Below, in pieces: positions 1 through 7,523 of a DNA stretch of 12,520 bases (positions are counted from its first letter, which is position 1; each line of letters opens with the position of its first letter). Where the stretch lies: IMG/VR virus record IMGVR_UViG_2565956600_000007; one strand, 5' to 3'. This DNA is from a virus. Taxonomy: Duplodnaviria > Heunggongvirae > Uroviricota > Caudoviricetes. The translations under genes were made by a program, and so were the position numbers. The notes under the pieces were generated by a model. It was not told the origin of the DNA and ran no database searches. It saw only the letters and a program-made list of their open reading frames with translations.

Positions 1-9
1 TTAAACTGT

Positions 10-567
10 TCATGCGTTAGTTTCTCCACAACCAGAAGCAATCGACGCCACGACGCCCGGAGCTGCACACTCGCGGGCGTCATTACTTTCTGAAACGCAA
101 AAAATTTTGTAGACAAGTGCTGCATGCTCCTGCAGCTTCGAAATTGAGAGATACAGCTCGTCGTTAATTGCTGTCTTCTCATGCGGTTCCACTACACCGT
201 CTTCGATTGCCGAACGAATCTGTTTTGAATAACTGCCGATCTGTTCAATGACTTCCAGTAAACGCTGGTTAATATCGGCATTGTCCACATCCTCGACGTC
301 AGGAAGAGACACAAAGACGCCATTTGCAGACTGCGCCACAGCGTCAGCAATGAAGTGAGTTCCACCAGCACGTTGCAAAATCATTGCCCATCCCAGCGGG
401 AAAATCTGATCGCCATCGGCACGAAGGCGGTTAAATAATGCGTTCTCTGTTACATCCAGCCACTCAGCAGCTTCAGCGTAACCCCCCGGCAACGCCGCGA
501 TAGTTTTTCTGACAGCTTTCACGTACCACTCAGGCTGTTTTTCCACTTTCCAGTGATGATTACCCAC
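10..567 (-). CDS. Phage CII-like (possibly CP76-family) regulatory protein, 185 aa
   Basis: Complete ORF on the minus strand whose ATG (565-567) overlaps the 3' end of the upstream cro-like gene by 8 nt. Sits in the cro-cII position of a lambdoid immunity region. The family assignment is from memory of the N-terminal region and is not verified. Confidence 0.55.
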   Translation of the reverse strand: MGNHHWKVEKQPEWYVKAVRKTIAALPGGYAEAAEWLDVTENALFNRLRADGDQIFPLGWAMILQRAGGTHFIADAVAQSANGVFVSLPDVEDVDNADINQRLLEVIEQIGSYSKQIRSAIEDGVVEPHEKTAINDELYLSISKLQEHAALVYKIFCVSESNDARECAAPGVVASIASGCGETNA

Positions 568-820
568 GGCTTACCTCCTGTTCCTGTGGTTTAAACCCAT
601 TCTGGTTTTGGCTAGATTGAAAACGTGCCGGATAAAGAATCTGCATTTCGCTGATTTCACCCTTAAAAAAATTGGCCAGACGTTCTGCAAGATCGATAGA
701 TGGAATTTGTTCCAGTCTTTCAATACGACTCAGCGTCGCTGGATTGACCTGAACGCCAGCAGCAACATGCTGCAAAGTAAATCCGTGCGCCTTACGCACA
801 TTCCGTAATGGTGATTGCAT
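560..820 (-). CDS. cro: Cro-like HTH (XRE-family) transcriptional regulator, 86 aa
   Basis: Helix-turn-helix-like segment FTLQHVAAGVQVNPATLSRIERLEQIPSIDLAERLANFF. Transcribed divergently from the cI-like gene across an operator-bearing intergenic region. GGAGGT Shine-Dalgarno (revcomp of 824-829) sits 3 nt upstream of the ATG. Confidence 0.8.
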   Translation of the reverse strand: MQSPLRNVRKAHGFTLQHVAAGVQVNPATLSRIERLEQIPSIDLAERLANFFKGEISEMQILYPARFQSSQNQNGFKPQEQEVSRG

Positions 821-917
821 ATGACCTCCACATATTGCGTGATGAGCATATTATTTCACGCAAATATTTTGCGCAAGTTGATTTGCTTAACGCGCAATAA
901 AGAAATGTAATAAACGC
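821..917. promoter_or_regulatory. OR-like divergent operator/promoter region between cro and cI
   Basis: A perfect TTGC-N7-GCAA dyad at 883-897 (TTGCTTAACGCGCAA), plus degenerate copies at 835-849 (TTGCGTGATGAGCAT) and 869-883, and the inverted pair TTGCGTGA (835-842) / TCACGCAA (856-863). TGTAAT (-10-like, 906-911) lies 6 nt before the cI ATG with TTGCTT (-35-like, 883-888) at 17 bp spacing, which suggests a leaderless cI transcript. Confidence 0.55.
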
Positions 918-1610
918 ATGAACATAGGAAACCGAGTCAGACAACTTCGCCAGGCGAAGAACATGAAAATCGCCGATCTCGCTGAAGCAATAGGAGTGGA
1001 TGCGGCGAATATCTCACGCCTGGAAACAGGTAAGCAGAAACAATTCACTGAACAAGCCCTGAGTAATATTGCCAGGAGCTTAGGTGTTGATATTGCTGAT
1101 CTCTTTACCTCAGACTTCAAAAGTAATACTGTATGTAAAAACAGTATTAGTGAGGATGTTGCGCAGGTGAAGGATGTATTCCGTATTGAAATGCTGGATG
1201 TCAGTGCCAGTGCGGGAAATGGCCTTATCCAGGGCGGTGATGTCATTGATGTGATTCATGCCATTGAATACAGAACTGATAATGCTGTATCGATGTTTGG
1301 CGGACGGCCAGCCAATCACATTAAAGTTATCAACGTTCGTGGGGACAGTATGTGTCCAACCATTGAGCCAGGAGATCTCATCTTCGTTGATGTCAGTATC
1401 AATCAGTTTGATGGAGATGGTATCTATGTATTTGGTTTTGATGATAAAATTTATGTCAAACGACTGCAAATGATACCTGACAAACTACTGGTGATTTCTG
1501 ATAACCAGATTTACCGTGAATGGGGAATTACCAGCGAAAATGAACACCGGTTTATGGTCTTTGGAAAGGTCTTAATCAGCCAGTCACAAACCCTTAAGCG
1601 ACACAATTAA
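918..1610 (+). CDS. cI: CI-type prophage repressor, N-terminal HTH plus C-terminal S24 (LexA-like) autopeptidase, 230 aa
   Basis: N-terminal HTH (NRVRQLRQAKNMKIADLAEAIGVDAANISRLETGK). Ala-Gly linker (SASAGNG). C-terminal GDSM serine motif and VKRL lysine motif as in LexA/lambda CI. No Shine-Dalgarno upstream, consistent with a leaderless mRNA. Confidence 0.9.
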   Translation: MNIGNRVRQLRQAKNMKIADLAEAIGVDAANISRLETGKQKQFTEQALSNIARSLGVDIADLFTSDFKSNTVCKNSISEDVAQVKDVFRIEMLDVSASAGNGLIQGGDVIDVIHAIEYRTDNAVSMFGGRPANHIKVINVRGDSMCPTIEPGDLIFVDVSINQFDGDGIYVFGFDDKIYVKRLQMIPDKLLVISDNQIYREWGITSENEHRFMVFGKVLISQSQTLKRHN

Positions 1611-1630
1611 CCCTTACCTCCTCATCAATT

Positions 1631-1651
1631 AGCCACCCAAAGGTGGCTTTT
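1631..1651 (+). terminator. Possible intrinsic terminator after cI
   Basis: Stem AGCCACC (1631-1637) / GGTGGCT (1642-1648), loop CAAA, followed by TTT. The U-tract is short, so this is weak. Confidence 0.4.
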
Positions 1652-1665
1652 CATCACCCTTTAAA

Positions 1666-1704
1666 TTGCATATCTCGCAACAAAAACACTTGCATAATGC
1701 GCAA
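1666..1704. promoter_or_regulatory. OL-like operator pair (candidate pL region)
   Basis: Two perfect TTGC-N7-GCAA dyads, TTGCATATCTCGCAA (1666-1680) and TTGCATAATGCGCAA (1690-1704), 24 bp centre to centre, matching the dyad in the cro/cI intergenic region. CATAAT (-10-like) at 1693-1698. Confidence 0.5.
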
Positions 1705-2129
1705 CTTCATTTTATCTTTCTTTCCAGACAAACAAACAAGGTACTAACAAAATTTGGTTGTAACACGGCGTATGGCACATGCGTCGTTAGCGGTCTGGGG
1801 ACGTTAAAGGGGACAATCCACTCCTTGCTCGGGCAAACAAACCAGGTAGCCGGAATGTGCAAGTCAATGATGATGCTGATAAGACGCCTAACCAGCGTGG
1901 CGATTCGGTTTGACGCCTGGGAAGAGACCAGGGTGCAACGATGAGGGCATTTATGGAGCCGCGACAAAGTGTGGTGCCGTAACTGGCTAAGTGCTCTCAG
2001 CGTTGTGGTAATCCGCGAAATGGCGCGGCGGTAAGTATGGCGGGGTTACTCTTTCCCCGTTGAGGACACCGGATTGTCAGGTTGACCATACGCCTGAGTG
2101 ACAACCCCACCACAACAGCCACTGCTTTG

Positions 2130-2175
2130 GCGGTACCAGTTTGTACCCTTGCTTCCGGCTGGTACCGCTCTTTTT
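2130..2175 (+). terminator. Strong hairpin plus T5 tract in the early-left leader (tL-like terminator or boxA-like element)
   Basis: Perfect 10-bp stem GCGGTACCAG (2130-2139) / CTGGTACCGC (2159-2168), 19-nt loop, then TCTTTTT (2169-2175). The 3' flank CGCTCTTTTTACAA resembles boxA-like antitermination sequences. Confidence 0.45.
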
Positions 2176-2312
2176 ACAAAACAGAGAAGAGCATCACCGG
2201 ACGACGGGCTCATAACCCAATCCATCCGGGCGGCTGCCACCGCAGGTGTTCTTCTCCGTTTTGTGGAGAAACCAACCGACCTTGCAGGGTCGATATGATG
2301 AGGAGCAGCAAA

Positions 2313-2675
2313 ATGGCTAGCGAACGCAGTACTGATGTGCAGGCATTTATTGGGGAGCTGGACGGCGGCGTATTTGAAACCAAAATCGGCGCAGTTCTCA
2401 GTGAAGTCGCTTCCGGTGTGATGAACACGAAAACCAAAGGTAAGGTCTCGCTCAACCTGGAAATCGAACCGTTTGATGAGAATCGTGTGAAAATCAAACA
2501 CAAACTCTCGTATGTTCGCCCGACTAACCGCGGGAAAATTTCCGAAGAAGACACCACCGAAACGCCGATGTATGTCAATCGCGGTGGTCGCCTGACTATT
2601 CTGCAGGAAGACCAGGGACAATTACTGACTCTTGCTGGTGAACCTGACGGAAAACTCCGCGCAGCAGGTCATTAA
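2313..2675 (+). CDS. Phage early protein, YfdP-like, 120 aa
   Basis: AGGAG Shine-Dalgarno at 2301-2305, 7 nt before the ATG at 2313. The longer six-frame ORF from 2082 has no ribosome-binding site and runs through the terminator-like hairpin. Size and position match the first gene of the YfdP-YfdQ-YfdR block (from memory). Confidence 0.6.
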   Translation: MASERSTDVQAFIGELDGGVFETKIGAVLSEVASGVMNTKTKGKVSLNLEIEPFDENRVKIKHKLSYVRPTNRGKISEEDTTETPMYVNRGGRLTILQEDQGQLLTLAGEPDGKLRAAGH

Positions 2676-2740
2676 TATCGTTCTTAATTAACTGATTATT
2701 TATCTCATCACTGAATATCTTTATATAGTGAGGACTTATT

Positions 2741-3565
2741 ATGTCTCAGAACTTAGACGCAACCGCAATTAATCAAATCCATGCCCTTATTTCTGCTCAG
2801 GGTGTTAATGAAATTATCAGTAAGATTGGTGCCGATGCTGTGGCATTGCCTGAGAATTTCCGCATTCATGATCTGGAAAAATTTAATTTAAATCGCTTCC
2901 GTTTCCGTGGTGCGCTTTCCACTGCCAGCATCGATGACTTTACCCGTTATTCTAAAGATCTTGCAGATGAAGGCACCCGCTGCTTTATCGATGCTGATAA
3001 TATGCGTGCCGTCAGTGTGCTTAACCTGGGTACTATTGATGAACCAGGTCACGCAGATAACACCGCCACTCTCAAACTGAAAAAGACAGCACCGTTCTCT
3101 GCTCTGTTGTCTGTTAATGGCGAGCGTAACTCCCAGAAATCACTGGCAGAATGGATTGAAGACTGGGCCGACTACCTTGTGGGCTTTGATGCTAATGGTG
3201 ACACCATTCAGGCAACAAAAGCGGCTGCGGCGGTCCGTAAAATCACGATTGAAGCAAACCAGACCGCTGATTTTGAAGATAATGACTTCAGCGGCAAACG
3301 CTCCCTGATGGAGTCTGTCGAAGCGAAGACTAAAGACATTATGCCAGTGGCATTTGAATTTAAATGCGTTCCGTTTGAAGGCCTTAAAGAACGTCCGTTT
3401 AAATTACGCCTCAGCATTATCACTGGCGATCGTCCTGTACTGGTTCTGCGCATTATTCAGCTGGAAGCGGTGCAGGAAGAAATGGCTAACGAATTTCGTG
3501 ATCTGCTTGTTGAGAAATTTAAAGACAGCAAAGTAGAAACCTTTATTGGTACTTTTACCGCCTGA
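2741..3565 (+). CDS. yfdQ: Phage protein, YfdQ-like (DUF2303), 274 aa
   Basis: GTGAGGA Shine-Dalgarno at 2728-2734. Length and order (120 aa, 274 aa, then an HD-domain protein) match the CPS-53/KplE1 yfdP-yfdQ-yfdR arrangement as I recall it. Not verified by search. Confidence 0.65.
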   Translation: MSQNLDATAINQIHALISAQGVNEIISKIGADAVALPENFRIHDLEKFNLNRFRFRGALSTASIDDFTRYSKDLADEGTRCFIDADNMRAVSVLNLGTIDEPGHADNTATLKLKKTAPFSALLSVNGERNSQKSLAEWIEDWADYLVGFDANGDTIQATKAAAAVRKITIEANQTADFEDNDFSGKRSLMESVEAKTKDIMPVAFEFKCVPFEGLKERPFKLRLSIITGDRPVLVLRIIQLEAVQEEMANEFRDLLVEKFKDSKVETFIGTFTA

Positions 3566-3577
3566 TTTCATTACTGC

Positions 3578-3599
3578 AAATGCCCCTGCGGGGGCATTT
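3578..3599 (+). other. Stem-loop between the yfdQ-like and yfdR-like genes
   Basis: Stem AAATGCCCC (3578-3586) / GGGGCATTT (3591-3599), loop TGCG. No extended U-tract beyond the stem, so it may be an attenuator or an RNA-processing or stability element. Confidence 0.4.
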
Positions 3600-3692
3600 A
3601 TGGAAACGTAATTGACTCAATAATCGCCGGATGGTGAGGGCTTTCTTTTACCAGAATTCAGCGCGGTGCAGCGCATATACGTGGAGAACAAA

Positions 3693-4217
3693 ATGTCATT
3701 TATTAAAACTTTTTCCGGGAAGCATTTTTATTATGACAGGATAAATAAAGACGACATCGTTATTAACGATATCGCGGTTTCTCTTTCAAATATCTGTCGC
3801 TTTGCAGGACATCTTTCACATTTCTACAGCGTCGCCCAACATGCGGTGCTTTGCAGCCAACTGGTACCGCAGGAATTTGCTTTTGAAGCGTTAATGCATG
3901 ATGCAACAGAAGCGTATTGCCAGGACATTCCCGCACCACTGAAACGCCTTCTTCCTGACTATAAACGGATGGAAGAAAAAATAGACGCCGTAATCCGTGA
4001 GAAATACGGGTTACCCCCGGTTATGAGTACGCCCGTGAAATATGCCGATCTCATCATGCTGGCAACCGAACGCCGCGATCTCGGGCTTGATGATGGCTCT
4101 TTCTGGCCCGTACTGGAAGGTATCCCGGCAACAGAGATGTTCAAAGTTATTCCACTGTCGCCAGGCCATACCTATGGGATGTTTATGGAACGCTTTAAAG
4201 AGTTAACTGAGTCGTAA
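3693..4217 (+). CDS. yfdR: HD-domain phosphohydrolase (YfdR-like 5'-deoxynucleotidase family), 174 aa
   Basis: HD-superfamily motifs: His in SVAQHAVL and the H-D pair in EALMHDATEAY. GGAG Shine-Dalgarno at 3683-3686, 6 nt before the ATG at 3693, which is preferred over the upstream ATG at 3666. Confidence 0.7.
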   Translation: MSFIKTFSGKHFYYDRINKDDIVINDIAVSLSNICRFAGHLSHFYSVAQHAVLCSQLVPQEFAFEALMHDATEAYCQDIPAPLKRLLPDYKRMEEKIDAVIREKYGLPPVMSTPVKYADLIMLATERRDLGLDDGSFWPVLEGIPATEMFKVIPLSPGHTYGMFMERFKELTES

Positions 4218-4325
4218 AAATCAGCACGTACGAATTCAAACTCTGCCATAAAAGAACATATAAGTAATTTATTAACATATAGATATAGGTTATATTACAA
4301 ATTGAAAAATTATTGGAGAGCAACA

Positions 4326-5192
4326 ATGAATCAAAATCCATTCTCATTCTATGACTTTCTTGGATATTTAATACCAGGTGGTTTTTTTATCCTATTAATG
4401 TATTTCTGTGGTTTGACATTCGATCTAGATATTGTTATTGACTTAAGTGAATTGCTCAGAGGTCAAAGTCAAATCTTTGGCATTTTGAACTACGCTTCAA
4501 TAGTTATTATATCTTATATAGCTGGACATTTTATTTCTATCACGTCAGCATTTTTTATCGAAAAATACATGAATAAAGAATTAGGATATCCTTCCAAATA
4601 TCTATTTAAAAAATTGATAGATACCTCAGAAAGCATTTGTAGCCCATCATGCGATGAGAGAAGCGCTGATAAAAAAACAAAAATAAAGAATCGCATAATC
4701 AAATGCGTATTATGTCCAATAATACTATGGGATTTTATAACACAAAAACTATGTTATTCTCAATCTCTACCATTTCATTTAGCTAATACAACATGGTTAA
4801 TGATCAAAGAAGGTTATGAGAAAAAGTTCATAACAAATCGCCAATTATTACAAGATAAAAACGGACTTGATGATGATCTCTTCAGATTGGCATATCATTA
4901 TGTTTATGAGTTTTCAAAACAACATCAAACAAAAATTCAAAACTATGTTGCATTATATGGTTTTTGCAGAAACATATGTTTAATCTTTATAATTTCATTT
5001 TGGGTATCAGTTCCAACCTTTATTTATCGATTATGTACTCATAGTGATTATCTTTATAGTTTACTTTCAATAATGCTTAGCTTTTTCTTCGTCTATGTTT
5101 TCTATGTTGGTTTTGTTAAATTTTATAGAAGATATACTTTAGAAGTATTAATGGCATTTGCTGTACTTCAAAGTAACGACACTATTCGTTAA
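4326..5192 (+). CDS. AT-rich integral membrane protein of unknown function (about 4 TM helices), candidate moron, 288 aa
   Basis: GGAGAG Shine-Dalgarno at 4315-4320 before the ATG at 4326. Hydrophobic segments: FLGYLIPGGFFILLMYFCGLTF, IFGILNYASIVIISYIAGHFISITSAFFI, YVALYGFCRNICLIFIISFWVSV, LYSLLSIMLSFFFVYVFYVGFV. Composition is much more AT-rich than the flanking phage genes, with Lys/Asn/Ile/Tyr-rich codon usage. Confidence 0.7.
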   Translation: MNQNPFSFYDFLGYLIPGGFFILLMYFCGLTFDLDIVIDLSELLRGQSQIFGILNYASIVIISYIAGHFISITSAFFIEKYMNKELGYPSKYLFKKLIDTSESICSPSCDERSADKKTKIKNRIIKCVLCPIILWDFITQKLCYSQSLPFHLANTTWLMIKEGYEKKFITNRQLLQDKNGLDDDLFRLAYHYVYEFSKQHQTKIQNYVALYGFCRNICLIFIISFWVSVPTFIYRLCTHSDYLYSLLSIMLSFFFVYVFYVGFVKFYRRYTLEVLMAFAVLQSNDTIR

Positions 5193-5233
5193 TAATGTTG
5201 CTCCCGTGTGCAGACGGGATAATGGAGAAACGT

Positions 5234-5440
5234 ATGCTGAACCTCGATTGTGTTCCTATCTCAACTTATTGCAAAGAAACTGGCGAAACTCCTGAAGCAA
5301 TAAACAAACGTGTACAGCGCGGTGTTTGGCGTGAAGGTGTTCAGGTTTTAAAGGTTGAAGGCGTTAAGGAGAGGTGGATTGATCTTAGTGAGGTTGCAAA
5401 ATGGGCCAGACAAAACTGCTCAAACTACCGCGCGGCGTAA
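5234..5440 (+). CDS. xis: Excisionase (Xis-like), about 68 aa
   Basis: Small basic protein immediately upstream of int, overlapping it by 40 nt as in lambda xis/int. GGAG at 5224-5227 precedes the ATG at 5234. Alternative in-frame starts at 5222 and 5195. Confidence 0.6.
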   Translation: MLNLDCVPISTYCKETGETPEAINKRVQRGVWREGVQVLKVEGVKERWIDLSEVAKWARQNCSNYRAA

Positions 5441-6573
5441 CAATCAGGAAACACCGCCAGGGAGAAACGATCAATATAACTTTCACCTACAAAGGAGTTA
5501 GATGTCGTGAGCCGCTTTCCAATCTGGAAGTAACATCAAAGAACATTAAATACGCCGAGCGTACACTCGGCGAAATCCATAATAAGATCGAAAGGGGAAC
5601 ATTCATTTATGCAGAATATTTTCCCCGTTCTGCTCGTTTGAAAATTTTTGGTAATGCTGCTGCAGGCAAAACGGTAAAGATGTACCTGGACGAATATCTT
5701 GAAATCTGCGAAACAAGAAAACTTTCACCCTCTACGATTGGTGGCTATAAAAAATGCCGTAGTGCGTTAGCCTCACTTCACATTTGCCCTGCAAGTGAAT
5801 TAACACCAGCAACCCTGAAAGCGTGGATTCAAAGCCAGAAAACAACCTTAAAAACCATTCGCAACCAGTTATCTTTCCTACGGTCAGCACTTGATGAAGC
5901 CGTGACCGATGGGGTACTTCAAATTAACCCCGTATCGTTAGTAACAGCTTCGCGCTACCAAAGTGATAAGTCAGAAGCAGAAAGCAGCTATGTGGTTGAT
6001 CCGCTATCACCAGCAGAAGTTGATGCATTACTAGCAGCAGCCGGAAACAAACAATGGGAAAATCTGTTCCGGTTCGCCATACATACAGGCCTGCGTAGTT
6101 CTGAATTATGTGCCCTACGATGGCATGATATCGACTTTGTTGGAAAAACAGCCCATGTTCAGAGCGCAAGTGTTGTCGGAGTTATCAAAGGAACAAAGAC
6201 AAAAGCCGGTACCCGTAAAGTTGAACTGACTGAAGAAGCAATGTTGGCGTTGATAAACCAGAAGCCATTTACATTCATGAAGGATGCTACTGTCTTTGAA
6301 GATCCAAAGACCAATAAACCCTGGGCAAGTGCTGATGCAATTAGGAAAAAAGCATGGGTGCCAACATTGCGAAAAGCAGGTATTCGTTACAGAAACCCAT
6401 ATCAAACCAGGCATACATTCGCCACCAGCCATATCAGCCGGGGAGCAAACCTGTTTTGGCTTGCGGCTCAAATGGGCCATAAAGGGCCTGAAATGTTATT
6501 CAGGCACTATGGACAATACTTGAAAGAGTATGATGGGAGGGCAAGTATCAAGGATAAAAAGGCTTTATTTTAA
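5401..6573 (+). CDS. int: Tyrosine recombinase, lambda-type phage integrase, 390 aa
   Basis: N-terminal arm-binding-like region (LPRGVTIRKHRQGETINITFTYKGVRCREPL). Catalytic signature residues: R in TGLRSSELCALRW, H-x-x-R in TRHTFATSH, and a C-terminal H...Y in GHKGPEMLFRHYGQY. Confidence 0.9.
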   Translation: MGQTKLLKLPRGVTIRKHRQGETINITFTYKGVRCREPLSNLEVTSKNIKYAERTLGEIHNKIERGTFIYAEYFPRSARLKIFGNAAAGKTVKMYLDEYLEICETRKLSPSTIGGYKKCRSALASLHICPASELTPATLKAWIQSQKTTLKTIRNQLSFLRSALDEAVTDGVLQINPVSLVTASRYQSDKSEAESSYVVDPLSPAEVDALLAAAGNKQWENLFRFAIHTGLRSSELCALRWHDIDFVGKTAHVQSASVVGVIKGTKTKAGTRKVELTEEAMLALINQKPFTFMKDATVFEDPKTNKPWASADAIRKKAWVPTLRKAGIRYRNPYQTRHTFATSHISRGANLFWLAAQMGHKGPEMLFRHYGQYLKEYDGRASIKDKKALF

Positions 6574-7182
6574 GTCATTATGCCAATCGTCTACTGTTTG
6601 AAACCAAATTTTTAACCTTTGCATAAAGGTACGATCCTTTTTGGGAGGGTGGTACCTTTGAAAAGAAGTATGTAACGCTTCGATAACTCCCATACAAGCA
6701 TCAATTACTTCTTGTGCTTTAACCGGGCGATCGGCATCTGAAAGCTTGTGAGCGACCTCACAATCCAGAGTTGCTTTCTCTAGTACAGATGAGAACACCT
6801 CGTCAGGTATATACAGTCCTCTGCTTTCCAAAATGCAAATCAGTTTGGAAACTTGTTGAGCTTTAGCCAAGATAGTTAACAAGTATGAAACAGAAGCCTT
6901 TGTTCTATCCTTTTGCAACCTTAACAATCGATGCTTTGATGCTCTAATTTTAGGTTGAGTTGTCTGACTGAGCCAATAGTTAGAAGAAATATCAGAAATT
7001 TCAATAACTAACTTTGAAATAGCATCAATAATTGATTTCGATTCAGAACGTGTCGCCAGTTTTACAGAATTATTGTACGCAACTCGCCATCCAATGAAAA
7101 CTAAGCAGACGCTAACTACTGTGATACACCACGAATACTGTCCTATTTGTGCTACTAATGACATTGGTTCCGTACTGATCAA
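6565..7182 (-). CDS. Membrane-anchored protein of unknown function (N-terminal TM helix plus helical domain), third gene of the cargo operon, 205 aa
   Basis: TTG start at 7182 preceded by AAGAGG at 6 nt spacing; alternative ATG at 7164. N-terminal hydrophobic segment YSWCITVVSVCLVFIGWRVAY. The 3' end overlaps the int stop convergently by 9 bp. Confidence 0.55.
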   Translation of the reverse strand: MISTEPMSLVAQIGQYSWCITVVSVCLVFIGWRVAYNNSVKLATRSESKSIIDAISKLVIEISDISSNYWLSQTTQPKIRASKHRLLRLQKDRTKASVSYLLTILAKAQQVSKLICILESRGLYIPDEVFSSVLEKATLDCEVAHKLSDADRPVKAQEVIDACMGVIEALHTSFQRYHPPKKDRTFMQRLKIWFQTVDDWHNDLK

Positions 7183-7192
7183 CTATCGCCTC

Positions 7193-7519
7193 TTATACTC
7201 TTTCTGGTTGTGCTAAATCAATAAATTTATCAATCTGTTCTTTGTAGAACGGAACATCACTTTTTATAATCAAACGTGCTTTAACGTTGGCTTTAGGTAT
7301 CCCTTCCTTACGGATGAGACCTCCAAACGCCTCTTCTAAGAAAGAGGAACCAACACCCAGTGCTATACCGCGAAAATCAACCACAATCTCCTGTTCAGTA
7401 CCCTTCAGCGCAGGCACCAAAAACTCTCTACGAAATCTTTCCGCACTGTGTGGGCTATCCGTTGTGTAACGTCCGAAAGGTGTTCTGGAGAACTCCTTCG
7501 CTATGACGATATTTCTCAT
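7193..7519 (-). CDS. STAS-like (DUF4325-like, anti-sigma-factor-antagonist-like) protein, 108 aa
   Basis: Small protein with a VVDFRGIALGVGSSFLEEAFGGL segment resembling the SpoIIAA/RsbV region that carries the phosphorylatable Ser. AGGAG Shine-Dalgarno 8 nt upstream of the ATG. Starts 4 nt after the ATPase gene stop. Confidence 0.6.
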   Translation of the reverse strand: MRNIVIAKEFSRTPFGRYTTDSPHSAERFRREFLVPALKGTEQEIVVDFRGIALGVGSSFLEEAFGGLIRKEGIPKANVKARLIIKSDVPFYKEQIDKFIDLAQPERV

Positions 7520-7523
7520 AAAA

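Noticed and set aside
608-1473. Six-frame ORFs 608-808 (+), 887-1246 (-), 1110-1469 (-) and 1258-1473 (+).
   Set aside because: They lie antisense to, or in alternative frames of, the well-supported cro-like and cI-like genes. They lack ribosome-binding sites and have low-complexity, non-protein-like translations.
1666-2298. ORFs 1666-1944 (+), 1707-1967 (-) and 2098-2298 (+) in the leader region, considered as possible N-like antiterminator genes.
   Set aside because: No Shine-Dalgarno sequence, starts inside operator sequence, Cys/His/Pro-rich translations, and none is arginine-rich like N. The region is more plausibly non-coding.
2046-2675. Long ORFs 2082-2675 (+, 197 aa), 2046-2621 (-) and 2210-2578 (-).
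   Set aside because: The 197-aa frame would read through the terminator-like hairpin with no ribosome-binding site. The in-frame ATG at 2313 with an AGGAG Shine-Dalgarno gives a 120-aa protein that fits better. The minus-strand ORFs are antisense shadows.
3117-4144. Internal and antisense ORFs inside the yfdQ-like and yfdR-like genes (3117-3308, 3208-3453, 3354-3536, 3959-4144).
   Set aside because: Fully nested in stronger genes, with no independent start signals.
4514-4702. ORF 4514-4702 (-) antisense to the membrane-protein gene.
   Set aside because: Shadow ORF in AT-rich sequence.
5924-6523. ORFs 5924-6169 (-), 6115-6480 (-) and 6284-6523 (+) within the lambdoid integrase.
   Set aside because: Nested in the integrase gene, which has clear catalytic motifs.
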